A stretch of DNA of 64,000 bases from Bacteroidota bacterium (GCA_040385915.1 JAZKGK010000025.1:1038-65037), one strand, 5' to 3'; shown: positions 8,062 through 17,945, counted from the first letter of the stretch. Numbers and translations are program-made. The notes: a model not told the origin generated them from the sequence alone.

Positions 8062-9606
8062 TTAGAAACTAATCTTTTTACCTTCGTAGCCCACAAACGA
8101 AATGGCCAATTCCCCAATTGACTGATCCGACGAGAGGTTAAAGTGTCCATTAAAATCTGAGGTGGTGCCAGTATGAGTGCCCGCCAATACAATGATTGCT
8201 CCGTTGAGTGGCGATCCTTCTTTATTGGATATTTTACCTTCAATGGTCACCTTACCATTTTTCTCAACTTTTTTAAAAGAGACGACCATCTCACTATCAA
8301 CTGTTTTTATTTCACCAACCGAAACGTCAGAAGGTCCTTCATTGGCTAGGGCAAATCTGATTGGCAAGGTATACTTTACCTTCACTGCCCTGCCATTTTG
8401 TTTTCCAGGTATCCATATCGGACTTTGGGCTATTACTCGTTTTGCTTCCTGGTCGCAGGCTGCATCAAAACCTTTTACAACCGCTGGATTAGTTACTTTT
8501 CCTTTTTCATCCACCTCAAAAGTAACAAAGACTGTTCCTTCAGTTCCCTTTTTTTGGCTTTCCTCAGGATATTTAATGTTATCGGAAAGATATTTCATCA
8601 ATTTCTCCTCTCCACCCGGAAATTCGGGCATTTGCTCTACTATGGTATATAGTTGATCTTCTGTTCTTTCCGCTACCAAGGTGGTAGGTTTGTCATCTAC
8701 TTTCTTTGCTTCTTCTAAGCCTTGCTTTTGGCAAGAGATAATGAAGAAAGTCACCGGAAAGAGAGCGATTAGCCCTGCCATTTTCCAGCCCTGCATTTTC
8801 TTTTTCATAGTTTTCATCATGGAAATGCGTTTAATGGTTAAAGAATGATTAAAGTGATTTGCCAGCGGTATACCTGCTGACTGTAAAGCAACTCTGGCCA
8901 GGAGATTGCAGTATTCATTCACATCCTTATTCTCGACAGCTCGCGCATCTGCCTCAAATTCATGGAGTTGAATAAATATTTTTTTATAGGCTCTCACCAA
9001 AGGATTGAACCAGAATAAAATGCTTATGACATTACTCAAAAGGATGTCGACCGAATGCCACTGAGAGGCGTGTACCTGTTCATGTCTTAGGATTTCTAGT
9101 TTTTCCTGAGCCGTCAGCACGGAAGTATTACCAATGAAAATGAAGTTAAAAAAAGAAAAAGTCTCTGCTCCTTCATTCGACTCTGCCACCCAACAATTGC
9201 GCCACTGATGCGTTTCAGCGCTTCGTATAAGTCCTATCAAATGAATTAGTTGCACGATAAAAAACAGCAAGAACACCACAAAACCAGTGAGATACACCCA
9301 TTGAATGACGCTCCAGAAATCGGCCTTGTATACCCAGGCCCAGGCAGATGTTTTTTCCCCGGCAGTAATCACTATTTCAGGAAGCCAATGAGACTGAACA
9401 GTATGACTGATGGATTGAAATAGGGCAGGGATTGCACTACTTTCTATGGGTATCCAAGGAAATACCACGGATACCAACAGCGCCAACAGCAGGAAAGCTC
9501 TTTTTAAACGGAATTGCGTTTCATTCTTCAGAACGAACACGTAAAACGCTAAAAACACCAGTAAGTACCCATTGGCTTCCAGAAAATAAGGCAGGATGGT
9601 TTTCAT
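8062..9606 (-). CDS. BlaR1/MecR1-like M56 metallopeptidase fused to TonB C-terminal and CarboxypepD_reg-like domains
   Basis: TM-rich N-terminus; HEQVH zinc motif; WFNPLV and HEFEADA; MPEFPGG...IKYP...W.PGKQNG TonB_C; GTTSDFNGHF...ISFVGY terminal domain. Confidence 0.9.
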   Translation of the reverse strand: MKTILPYFLEANGYLLVFLAFYVFVLKNETQFRLKRAFLLLALLVSVVFPWIPIESSAIPALFQSISHTVQSHWLPEIVITAGEKTSAWAWVYKADFWSVIQWVYLTGFVVFLLFFIVQLIHLIGLIRSAETHQWRNCWVAESNEGAETFSFFNFIFIGNTSVLTAQEKLEILRHEQVHASQWHSVDILLSNVISILFWFNPLVRAYKKIFIQLHEFEADARAVENKDVNEYCNLLARVALQSAGIPLANHFNHSLTIKRISMMKTMKKKMQGWKMAGLIALFPVTFFIISCQKQGLEEAKKVDDKPTTLVAERTEDQLYTIVEQMPEFPGGEEKLMKYLSDNIKYPEESQKKGTEGTVFVTFEVDEKGKVTNPAVVKGFDAACDQEAKRVIAQSPIWIPGKQNGRAVKVKYTLPIRFALANEGPSDVSVGEIKTVDSEMVVSFKKVEKNGKVTIEGKISNKEGSPLNGAIIVLAGTHTGTTSDFNGHFNLSSDQSIGELAISFVGYEGKKISF

Positions 9607-9989
9607 GGCTTTTTGTTTTTTAGTTCGTTGTTTTTCAATTCATCCAATTGCTTCATCAGCTGATCAATGTCCTGGACGTCCATCTTCGCTTCATTGGTGA
9701 AAAAGGATACCAGGTTTTTGAATGATCCATTGAAGTAGCCTGAAACAAGATTATTCAAGCTGAAATGAGAATAACTGTCTTTGGAAATCAAGGGAAAGTA
9801 CTGGTGAGTTTTTCCAAAAGCTTGGTGGTCTACAAAGCCTTTCGTTTCCAATATTCTTACTATGGTCGATACTGTATTGTATGCGGGCTTGGGCTCTGGC
9901 ATTTTTTCGATGATATCTTTGACCACTCCCCTTTCCAGTTTCCAAAGGATCTGCATGATTTGCTCCTCTGCCTTGGTTAATTCTTTCAT
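9603..9989 (-). CDS. BlaI/MecI/CopY family transcriptional repressor
   Basis: LTKAEEQIMQILW...AYNTVSTIVRILETKGFV; overlaps the M56 gene start by 4 bp. Confidence 0.93.
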   Translation of the reverse strand: MKELTKAEEQIMQILWKLERGVVKDIIEKMPEPKPAYNTVSTIVRILETKGFVDHQAFGKTHQYFPLISKDSYSHFSLNNLVSGYFNGSFKNLVSFFTNEAKMDVQDIDQLMKQLDELKNNELKNKKP

Positions 9990-10014
9990 CTTTATGAACG
10001 AGTAGATTTACTTC

Positions 10015-10053
10015 AAAACTAAATAATTAGTTTTGAAACTAAAAACTTAGTTT
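10015..10053. promoter_or_regulatory. Tandem palindromic operators, likely bound by the BlaI-like repressor
   Basis: AAAACTAA-ATAA-TTAGTTTT (10015-10034) and AAACTAA-AAAC-TTAGTTT (10036-10053), just upstream of the repressor gene. Confidence 0.7.
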
Positions 10054-10197
10054 AAAATATTTTTTAAGGCTGCTATTCCAAGGCTGCCGATCGTTTTTCC
10101 TGCCTTTATAAACATTTATTCCATCCTGGCTTTACCGAGTTTGGCAAATCTGCGTATAGCCATTAAAACCTAATTGCTCACGTAAAAATGCTTGTCC

Positions 10198-11559
10198 ATG
10201 AACTTTGTAGCTCCTTCTAACCCATTACCTGTGTCCACTAAGCGATCTATTTGGCGGTTTATTTTCCGCTCCGAATTGATATACTTGCTGGCATTGCTTG
10301 TATTCTCCTTTACTGGATTGGCACAAGAACAACCGAAGTCACCTCCCCCACCGACCAACCTTCCGGCTCCCTTTGCTACGAAATCATCTATGAATTTCAG
10401 TCATGTAATCGGATGGGAAGGAGACGCCAAGCCCAAGGCACCCGACGGGTTTACGGTCACTAAATACGCCGAAGGATTCGACAATCCACGCTGGATGTAC
10501 GTTACGCCAAACGGGGATGTATTGGTGGCAGAAAGCAACTCCAACCATAGCTTTATTGAGAAAGTGGGCGGAACCATCATTGGTGCTTCCAAAGCCAACA
10601 ACCTGAGCCACAGCGCCGACCGGATTATCCTCTTACGCGACACCAACCAAGACGGTCGCCCTGATATTCGGCAGCCTCTCCTGGTAGACCTCAACCAACC
10701 ATTTGGGATGCTGGTCATAGGTAAATGGCTGTACGTGGCCAACACCAATGCTTTGTTGCGCTTTCCTTATCAAGCCGGACAAACCACGATTTCGGCACCA
10801 GGAGAAAAAATAATGGATCTACCCGCGGGCAAGCACAACCGCCATTGGACGCGCAACATTATTGCGAATGCGGATGAATCTAAGATTTATATCGCCATAG
10901 GATCGGGTACGAACGTGGCTGAAAAAGGCATTGAACACGAGTTGCTTAAAGCCGATATTTTGGAGATTAACCCCGACGGTTCGGGACAACGCATATATGC
11001 CAGTGGGCTTCGTAACCCTGTGGGCATGGGCTGGGCACCAGGCACTAAAACCCTATGGACAGTTGTGAATGAGCGGGACGAACTGGGAGACGAACTGGTG
11101 CCGGATTACCTGACCAGCGTGCAGGAAAATGGCTTCTATGGCTGGCCTTATGCCTATTTCGGACCAAATGAAGACCCCAGGGTGAAAGAGCAGAAGCCTG
11201 AGTTAATCAAGAAAACCCTGGTACCTGACTTTGCGCTAGGTTCTCACACGGCTTCTCTTGGACTGGCCTTTTATACAAAAAAAGCTTTTCCGGAAAAATA
11301 CCATAACGGGGCTTTTATCGCTCAGCATGGCTCCTGGAATCGGTCGGTTTTATCAGGCTACAAAGTGATTTTCGTCCCTTTCAGCCAGGGAAAACCTTCG
11401 GGCAAAGAGGAGGATTTCCTCACTGGCTTTGTGACCGACCTGGAGAAAGAAAAAGTACACGGCAGGCCAGTGGGCGTTACAATGATGCCCGATGGGTCTT
11501 TGCTAGTGACCGATGACGTGAGCAATACTATCTGGAGAGTAAGCCAGGCACAGAAATAA
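10198..11559 (+). CDS. L-sorbosone dehydrogenase-like / PQQ-dependent sugar dehydrogenase beta-propeller protein, exported
   Basis: Signal peptide; HWTRNI, GLRNPVG, VNERDELGDELVPDY, GFYGWPY, HGSWNR and GRPVGV motifs. Start uncertain (TTG 10192 or ATG 10198). Confidence 0.88.
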   Translation: MNFVAPSNPLPVSTKRSIWRFIFRSELIYLLALLVFSFTGLAQEQPKSPPPPTNLPAPFATKSSMNFSHVIGWEGDAKPKAPDGFTVTKYAEGFDNPRWMYVTPNGDVLVAESNSNHSFIEKVGGTIIGASKANNLSHSADRIILLRDTNQDGRPDIRQPLLVDLNQPFGMLVIGKWLYVANTNALLRFPYQAGQTTISAPGEKIMDLPAGKHNRHWTRNIIANADESKIYIAIGSGTNVAEKGIEHELLKADILEINPDGSGQRIYASGLRNPVGMGWAPGTKTLWTVVNERDELGDELVPDYLTSVQENGFYGWPYAYFGPNEDPRVKEQKPELIKKTLVPDFALGSHTASLGLAFYTKKAFPEKYHNGAFIAQHGSWNRSVLSGYKVIFVPFSQGKPSGKEEDFLTGFVTDLEKEKVHGRPVGVTMMPDGSLLVTDDVSNTIWRVSQAQK

Positions 11560-11623
11560 ATTCCAGAGTAGCTTTGAACTTTATTCTTCATGTGGAGCCA
11601 AATTTTTACCCTACCACGGAAAG

Positions 11624-11655
11624 AAAGCCCTGGCTGTTGTAGCAGCCAGGGCTTT
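11624..11655. terminator. Intrinsic terminator hairpin between convergent genes
   Basis: AAAGCCCTGGCTGT-TGTA-GCAGCCAGGGCTTT. Confidence 0.65.
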
Positions 11656-11682
11656 GGTGTTTTTGTTAATGAATGCATTCAA

Positions 11683-12564
11683 TCAGAACTTAAGCACTAG
11701 CGGGGAGAGGCTGTAGAGGTACTTCACAGAATTGACCAAATTCGCTCCGTTCAAGTTGTAACAGTCCCGCTGTGTTGCATAACCGTTGGCGTCGAGGAGA
11801 TAGCTATAATAGTAATCGCTTTGCAGTTTTAATGCGTTTGGATTAGTAATATCATACACTTTAATCGTAATCCGACGGGCCAGATTCTTGCTGAACTTCC
11901 CATAAATTCTCAGGTCTATATCAAAAATATCAAACTCTGGATTTAGAGCATATTTATCATTGAGTAAGGGGTCGTTGCCAAAGCCTATATAATACAAATT
12001 TACTTTCTTGATCACCGTTCCAGCACCATTGTAATAGGTTACCAAACTAAGGTCTCCGTCGGCATTATAGCCGTACACAGCACGCGTCGAAGGGCTATTC
12101 TTATCATAATGCTTGCTTAACTGGCCGCTAGGATAGTACTCAAACAGTTCGGTATGGGTACGCAGCGTCTTGGGGAAAGTGGTTACCAATTCCGTTTTTG
12201 TAACCCGCTTCTCAGCGTTGAGGTACACAGAAAGCATAAACTTGCCTTTTAGGCTATCATTAGCATATACACTCTTGTAAGTAACCAATGCGTTATCAAA
12301 GGGATATGAAATGAACTGGACAAAGTTATAGTCTTCTACTTTATTTAATTTACCATCGGCTCCATAAGAAAGTACGACATCTCCCCGATTGGTCAGCGTA
12401 TGAACCATAGGAATAGTTAGGGCATCAGTCGACTGCACACGAGCGCCGGCAGTGGTAGACATGTCGGTGGCTGGCAGGATGTTTTCTTTTTCCTGGCAGG
12501 AAACCAGGCCTAACAGGGCAGTAATTATTAGTACAAATGGGGCACGCTTGCGAAACAGAGACAT
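11683..12564 (-). CDS. Hypothetical lipoprotein with YD-like beta-hairpin repeats
   Basis: Lipobox LGLVSC followed by QEKE; repeated Y-x-x-D/S-G segments (YGADGKL, YYPSGQL, YNADGDL, DANGY). Confidence 0.7.
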   Translation of the reverse strand: MSLFRKRAPFVLIITALLGLVSCQEKENILPATDMSTTAGARVQSTDALTIPMVHTLTNRGDVVLSYGADGKLNKVEDYNFVQFISYPFDNALVTYKSVYANDSLKGKFMLSVYLNAEKRVTKTELVTTFPKTLRTHTELFEYYPSGQLSKHYDKNSPSTRAVYGYNADGDLSLVTYYNGAGTVIKKVNLYYIGFGNDPLLNDKYALNPEFDIFDIDLRIYGKFSKNLARRITIKVYDITNPNALKLQSDYYYSYLLDANGYATQRDCYNLNGANLVNSVKYLYSLSPLVLKF

Positions 12565-12600
12565 GGAATAAGTGGTTTAGGATGATTGTTTTGAACAATG

Positions 12601-12608
12601 CAAACCTA
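12601..12608 (-). promoter_or_regulatory. -7 promoter box for the lipoprotein gene
   Basis: Minus strand TAGGTTTG (TAnnTTTG), 37 bp upstream of the ATG. Confidence 0.6.
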
Positions 12609-12641
12609 CCTCAGTACCAGGGCGACCTCCTAATTTGGAAG

Positions 12642-12691
12642 GTATACATCCGGTAGACAACCGGCCTTATGGATGTATACATAAGGTATAC
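12642..12691. promoter_or_regulatory. Helically phased GTA(T/G)AC sites, candidate activator-binding array
   Basis: GTATAC at 12642, GTAGAC at 12653, GTATAC at 12675 and 12686 (spacings 11, 22, 11 bp). Confidence 0.55.
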
Positions 12692-12714
12692 AAAGGGGAT
12701 TATATACCCAATAA

Positions 12715-12755
12715 ACAGCAACAGCGGCAGAATTCACGTCTGCCGCTGTTGCTGT
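12715..12755 (-). terminator. Terminator hairpin downstream of the S8 peptidase gene
   Basis: 17-bp stem ACAGCAACAGCGGCAGA / TCTGCCGCTGTTGCTGT with a T-rich tail on the minus strand. Confidence 0.7.
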
Positions 12756-12789
12756 GATAACTAAAACAATACTTGATAAGCCGACCTGC

Positions 12790-15612
12790 TTACCGATTCA
12801 AAATCATCTTCTGATGCAACACACCATTATTAGTCACCAGGCGACTAATATACAATCCTTGTTGTAAGCCAGTGCCATCCAGTTCATATTCATATTCGAT
12901 GCCCCCTTCGGCCAGCCCGGTGTGCATAGGAGCAATCAGTGCTCCGCGGATATCGTATACGCTGAGGTTAGCATTTTCGGTCTCTGCCAGGCGGAAACGA
13001 ACGGTCACTTTGCTGGAGAAAGGGTTGGGGAAAGATGACAGCAGATTACCCCCTTCGAAATCCTGTCTTGCCTGGGCAAGCATAGGGGCGCTGCTGTTAA
13101 TCACCTTGAATTTCACCGCAAGCGAACCGCCCTTGATGCCTCTACCCCAGTCAATGCTATAAGTGGTTGCTGAGAGCTTATAATCACCCGGTTGCAAATC
13201 AACTACTCCGCCAGAGCCTGCAAAGTCATAGTAATAATGATTTTCAGTTGCCTTTTTACCATTCAAATTAAACAGTACGCTCCCAACAATGGTTGGAGCT
13301 GTGAGGGCGCGAATATTAAGTTTGGCAGGCAATGTAGCCAAGTTAAGTTCATCGCCTTCGTGAATAGTGCCCAACACTTTGCCCGATACGGCATTGAAGA
13401 GGACAAAGCTAGTGACACCTTGGTTCACTACGCTGAAACGAATAGTCAGCGATTCGCCTTTGCTGCCTCCGCCATTGGCCAGGCTATAAGGTGTGGCTGT
13501 AAGGGTATAATTTCCTACCTTCAAATCCACAACGCCCAAAGAACCAGCATAATCGTAAGCAATATAGTTTTCAATTACCTTTTTGCCATTCAGCCAAAAT
13601 ACCACACTACCCACCACCTGTGGACTGGCAAAAGCGCGGATGTTAAGCTTTTGGGTTGGCAAAGCAGCCAGGTTAACTTCCATTCCATCAGTCAGCGTTA
13701 AGATGTGCTTCTGAGTGGCAGAGTTAATTAAAACAAAAGATTTGATGCTGGGCTTAAGTACTTCTGTCACTGATTTATTGGCATTAATCAGCCCATATCC
13801 CGTATTAAAGTCAAAACCAGGAACGTCCATGTTGAGGGCATTCTTTTCCAGCACCTGCAAAATTTTGTCCGGAGTGATGGTTTTCGCAGTTGCTTCCCTC
13901 ATCAGGGCGGCTACTGCGGCTGCGTGTGGAGCCGCTGCCGAAGTACCAAAGAAATTGGGGAAACCATCGCCTTCATAATCCACGCCTGGGCCAAAAATGG
14001 CTGGCGGAGGAAAGTCGGTAGTATTGCCACCATCGGGCGCAACAATCTCTGGTTTCTTACGAAGGATGGGAGAAATAGCATTACCCTCTTTATCAAAATA
14101 GATGGCAACGCCGCCAGCGGATGAAAAGCTTTCCCTGCGTGGAGGATTTACGCCGAAAGCAGGCGTACGATCGTAACGGGCAGCCCCAGTGGCGATAGCT
14201 CCAGCGGCATTGGCATGGCCAAATATAGTACCACTATTGGTAGCAAAGGTTAATATTTCAATCGGGCCATCGAAGGTAACATACTTGATTCGCTGGGGAT
14301 CAGGACCGGCATATTTTTGTATCAACAAATAAAATATGCTGTCTTCGCTATCATTTTCAAAATCAAATATTTCATAAGGGTTATTGCCAAGATTAGCAGA
14401 AAAAGCGCCCATTACTACATTATAATCACGATTTAAAATTAAAACATCCAGGTCAGTAGCGGCACCATCACCTCCACTAACCGAATAAAACGGATCGGAC
14501 CACTGAAAATCAAAAATAACGTATCCACCAGGCAGAAGCTTAAAGGTCTGCAAATTATCGCCATTACCAAAGTCATGATAATTGGTAGAATCGTTCACCG
14601 CTGTATTTTTATACTTAGCCTCGTACGATTCACGGGCTTGGTTACCAGCCGCAGAAAAATAGGTCACTCCCTGGGCATGTACAGAATCCACCGCCTTGGC
14701 TACAATACCATCCTGAAAAAAAGGCTCAGCGAAATAGATAACATCATCGACCACAACATCGGCGTTGGCCGTATTGGCCAGGTTAAGAATTCCCCTGGCA
14801 AAACCCGCTTGTCCAGGCCCGGCAGTATTAAAGGCTAATTTAGCTCCCGGAGCCACATCGTGAACAATTTCGGCCATTCCGCGGCCTTCATCTATCCCGT
14901 TACCTTCTAGCAATACATTCACGGGAGAGGTGAACCCATTGGGGTTGCCTTTGCCGGGCAAATCGCCTGAAAGCACGCCTTTGTTGGCCGAGCCTAGCTT
15001 GTTGTAACTATCCGAAAGTATACCAACGGTACTTCCCAACCCATTCACATGGTTGTTTAACCGAGCTAGATCAGAATGCTGGGCTTTATCGCCCTGGCTG
15101 GTGATGGCACCAATGCTTTTGACCATTCTGTACGAAGGACTAACAAACCGCAGTTCTTTCAACTCCTTCATCTTATCGGTGGCTTTGATGGGAAATAAGC
15201 CAGAAACAACTTTCCCAAAAACGTTAATATTCTTTGCTCCAAGGCCTTTCAATTTGGCCGCTAGCGCCTGTGGATCCTTTTCAGCCACGGCATCAATAAT
15301 AACATAACCATCAACCACCTCGATTAGCTTGTTCGATGATTTAAAAACGACAGGAATGGTGTCGATTCGTCGCCCGGTGGCGCTTTTACTGGTGCCTGAC
15401 AGATAAGCTTGGTATTCCTCTTTCAAATTGATCAGCTCGCTGGGGACTTTCTTTCCTACAGAAGCAAGCCTGTCGTTGGCTTTCGGATTATTGACAATCA
15501 AAGGCTTGTTCTTTGACGGAAATGTCTGTGCTTTTACAAGCGCAGGAAAAACAAATGAGAGGAGAACCAACAGGCATATCCGTGCTGATGGTCGGATGTA
15601 GTTTTTTTGCAT
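12790..15612 (-). CDS. Subtilase (S8/S53-like) serine peptidase with two Ig-like repeats and T9SS C-terminal domain
   Basis: Signal peptide; VGILSDS, DEGRGMAEIVHDVAPGA, SAAGN, KPEIVAPDG and FFGTSAAAPH; CTD FPNPF...GLYISRL...KMILNR. Confidence 0.88.
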   Translation of the reverse strand: MQKNYIRPSARICLLVLLSFVFPALVKAQTFPSKNKPLIVNNPKANDRLASVGKKVPSELINLKEEYQAYLSGTSKSATGRRIDTIPVVFKSSNKLIEVVDGYVIIDAVAEKDPQALAAKLKGLGAKNINVFGKVVSGLFPIKATDKMKELKELRFVSPSYRMVKSIGAITSQGDKAQHSDLARLNNHVNGLGSTVGILSDSYNKLGSANKGVLSGDLPGKGNPNGFTSPVNVLLEGNGIDEGRGMAEIVHDVAPGAKLAFNTAGPGQAGFARGILNLANTANADVVVDDVIYFAEPFFQDGIVAKAVDSVHAQGVTYFSAAGNQARESYEAKYKNTAVNDSTNYHDFGNGDNLQTFKLLPGGYVIFDFQWSDPFYSVSGGDGAATDLDVLILNRDYNVVMGAFSANLGNNPYEIFDFENDSEDSIFYLLIQKYAGPDPQRIKYVTFDGPIEILTFATNSGTIFGHANAAGAIATGAARYDRTPAFGVNPPRRESFSSAGGVAIYFDKEGNAISPILRKKPEIVAPDGGNTTDFPPPAIFGPGVDYEGDGFPNFFGTSAAAPHAAAVAALMREATAKTITPDKILQVLEKNALNMDVPGFDFNTGYGLINANKSVTEVLKPSIKSFVLINSATQKHILTLTDGMEVNLAALPTQKLNIRAFASPQVVGSVVFWLNGKKVIENYIAYDYAGSLGVVDLKVGNYTLTATPYSLANGGGSKGESLTIRFSVVNQGVTSFVLFNAVSGKVLGTIHEGDELNLATLPAKLNIRALTAPTIVGSVLFNLNGKKATENHYYYDFAGSGGVVDLQPGDYKLSATTYSIDWGRGIKGGSLAVKFKVINSSAPMLAQARQDFEGGNLLSSFPNPFSSKVTVRFRLAETENANLSVYDIRGALIAPMHTGLAEGGIEYEYELDGTGLQQGLYISRLVTNNGVLHQKMILNR

Positions 15613-16002
15613 AGACAATTGAATTAGGATAGAGAAACTGGTTGTTAATAAACATTTAATTTTACTATGGATTCACTCTTTAACAGATTACCCCTTTTCT
15701 GGATAAATTATAGGACAATGGAGTTTTTGCATTGATCAAATAAACACTTTACTTATCCTGAAATAAGGGCTCTGTTCTAATCCCAAACTAATAATTATAA
15801 ATGAAGCAACAAGCTGAAAGCAATAAAAAATTTAATTTTTTTAATAAAACACATTCGTACATTTTTAAAAATGTATAACAAAGCTTTAAAGCTCTTATGT
15901 ATACAAACTAAATTTGATGTGATACAATACCATTACCCGTATCTGCGATTGATTCTCAATGGCTATTGTATTCAGCCATTTTTTTCGGAGGGGCTTCCTG
16001 GC

Positions 16003-16010
16003 TATCTTTG
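16003..16010 (+). promoter_or_regulatory. -7 promoter box for the TPR-LuxR gene
   Basis: TATCTTTG 33 bp upstream of ATG 16043. Confidence 0.6.
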
Positions 16011-16042
16011 GACAATAACTATGCATCCACGCGTTGCCAACT

Positions 16043-17821
16043 ATGAAAATAGCCTTTACCTTCCTCCTTCTATTCACGCTGCAAGTATCCATTCTAGCCC
16101 AATCTGCCAAGATTGATAGCCTTGAAAGGCTCCTTAGTCAGTCAAAACCAGATACCGCACGGATAGCCTTACTGACCGAATTGGGTACTAAATATTGGAG
16201 TTCTCAGCCAAAAAAAACCCTTGAATATGCTCAAAAGGCGCTGGCTTTGTCTAAACAGCTCAAATATGCCAGTGGAGAGGCCAGGAGTTATCAGGTCTTT
16301 GGGATATATTATTGGCAGAAAAACGAATATGCTACTTCCCTGGATTACTATTCCAAGGGCAGGTTGCTATACCAATCGATCAATGACCCGAAAGGCGTAG
16401 CCAATTGTCTGTCTAATGCTGGAATAGTGTACCGAGAGCAAGGCAATTATGCCCATGCACTGGACAATTACCTACAAGCATTAACTGTATACCGAGCTTT
16501 GAATCAGGAAATTAATATTGCCAATATGCTCAACAGCATTGGGATTATTCATAAAAATCAAAAAAACTATGAAGAAGCTTTAACCTCCTACCAAGAAGCC
16601 TTAGCAATCTTTATGCGGGTGGGCAATCAGCAAGCGACTGCTGGGATACTCGCCAACATAGGAACAATACACGGCGCTCAGGGGAAATTTGAGCTTGCCA
16701 TTGAGTCTACCAACAAGTCTCTCCTCATTTTTGAAAAACTGAAGGATAGCAATGGGCAAATTATTTGTCATAACGACTTGGGAGATATGTATTTTCAAAA
16801 AGGGAATTTTGCAGAATCTATAACAAAGTACGAGAAAGCTGTAACGTTAAACGAGCAATACCAGAGCAAAAAATTGATGGTTACCTCGTTCAATGGATTG
16901 GGCAAAGTATACATAAACCTTAACCAGGCCACCAAAGCGAGCGATTATTACCAACGGAGCAGTACCCTAGCGCAAACCCTGGGGCTGAGGCCAGCCTTGC
17001 AGGAAGCCTACGCCGGATTGGCTGAAGTTTACTCCCAACAAAATGATTACCCGAAAGCATTTAAGTTTCAACAAATGTCCTCTACACTTAAGGACTCTTT
17101 ATTTAATGCCGAAAATGCTAATAAGATTGCCAACCTGCGGGTGAGTTACGAAAATGAAAAGAAGCAGATTGAAGTGACTTTGTTGCAAAAGGAGAAAGAC
17201 CTGGGTTACGCCACCCGAAACACAATAGCCGTTGCCTTGGCTGCTGGTCTATTGCTGATTACGGTGGCCTTCAATCGGCAGCGGTTAATTACGAACAAAG
17301 ACCGGCAGGTTCATCAGATGCAACAGACCTTGGCCGAGACTGAAATTCGCAACCGTCAGGAAAGAGAAGAACAATTGCAGCGAGAACTGGAATTTCGAAA
17401 CAAATCTCTTACGACTCATACGCTTAATCTAATCCAGAAAAATGGCATCCTGACCGAAATCCGTGAGACGGTATCGGTAGCACTTAAAGCAAAGCTACGC
17501 GATGAGAATACCCCCTTGTTAAGCCGATTGATTAACCTGATCGACTATAGTTTCAATCTTGACCAGGACTGGGAGGAGTTTAAGCTATATTTCGAAGGTG
17601 TTCACCAGAATTTTTTCACTAAGCTTAAGGCCGCCCATACTGATCTGGGACCTGGGGAATTGAGGCTATGCGCCCTGGTACGGCTTAACCTCAGCCTGAA
17701 AGAATGCGCCACCCTGTTGAGCATATCGCCCGACAGCGTAAAGACAGCCCGCCACCGCCTGCGAAAAAAACTGAATCTACCAGAAGATAATAACCTGGTC
17801 GATTACGTGATGGCCATTTGA
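16043..17821 (+). CDS. Membrane-spanning one-component regulator: periplasmic TPR repeats, TM, coiled coil, LuxR-type HTH
   Basis: Signal peptide; about 7 TPR motifs; TM IAVALAAGLLLITVAF; ELRLCALVRLNLSLKECATLLSISPDSVKTARHRLRKKL. Confidence 0.88.
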   Translation: MKIAFTFLLLFTLQVSILAQSAKIDSLERLLSQSKPDTARIALLTELGTKYWSSQPKKTLEYAQKALALSKQLKYASGEARSYQVFGIYYWQKNEYATSLDYYSKGRLLYQSINDPKGVANCLSNAGIVYREQGNYAHALDNYLQALTVYRALNQEINIANMLNSIGIIHKNQKNYEEALTSYQEALAIFMRVGNQQATAGILANIGTIHGAQGKFELAIESTNKSLLIFEKLKDSNGQIICHNDLGDMYFQKGNFAESITKYEKAVTLNEQYQSKKLMVTSFNGLGKVYINLNQATKASDYYQRSSTLAQTLGLRPALQEAYAGLAEVYSQQNDYPKAFKFQQMSSTLKDSLFNAENANKIANLRVSYENEKKQIEVTLLQKEKDLGYATRNTIAVALAAGLLLITVAFNRQRLITNKDRQVHQMQQTLAETEIRNRQEREEQLQRELEFRNKSLTTHTLNLIQKNGILTEIRETVSVALKAKLRDENTPLLSRLINLIDYSFNLDQDWEEFKLYFEGVHQNFFTKLKAAHTDLGPGELRLCALVRLNLSLKECATLLSISPDSVKTARHRLRKKLNLPEDNNLVDYVMAI

Positions 17822-17833
17822 GGTAATCTATCA

Positions 17834-17899
17834 GGTAACTAGTCCCATCAAAAAGCCCTTCCATTTGCTTAGGAAGGGCTTTTGATGGGACTAGTTACC
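17834..17899. terminator. Long (~28-bp) inverted repeat between convergent genes
   Basis: GGTAACTAGTCCCATCAAAAAGCCCTTCC ... GGAAGGGCTTTTGATGGGACTAGTTACC, one bulge. Confidence 0.7.
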
Positions 17900-17945
17900 A
17901 AGCATTTTCGTATACTGCTACCATCCGCAGGCTACTCCTGGGCTT

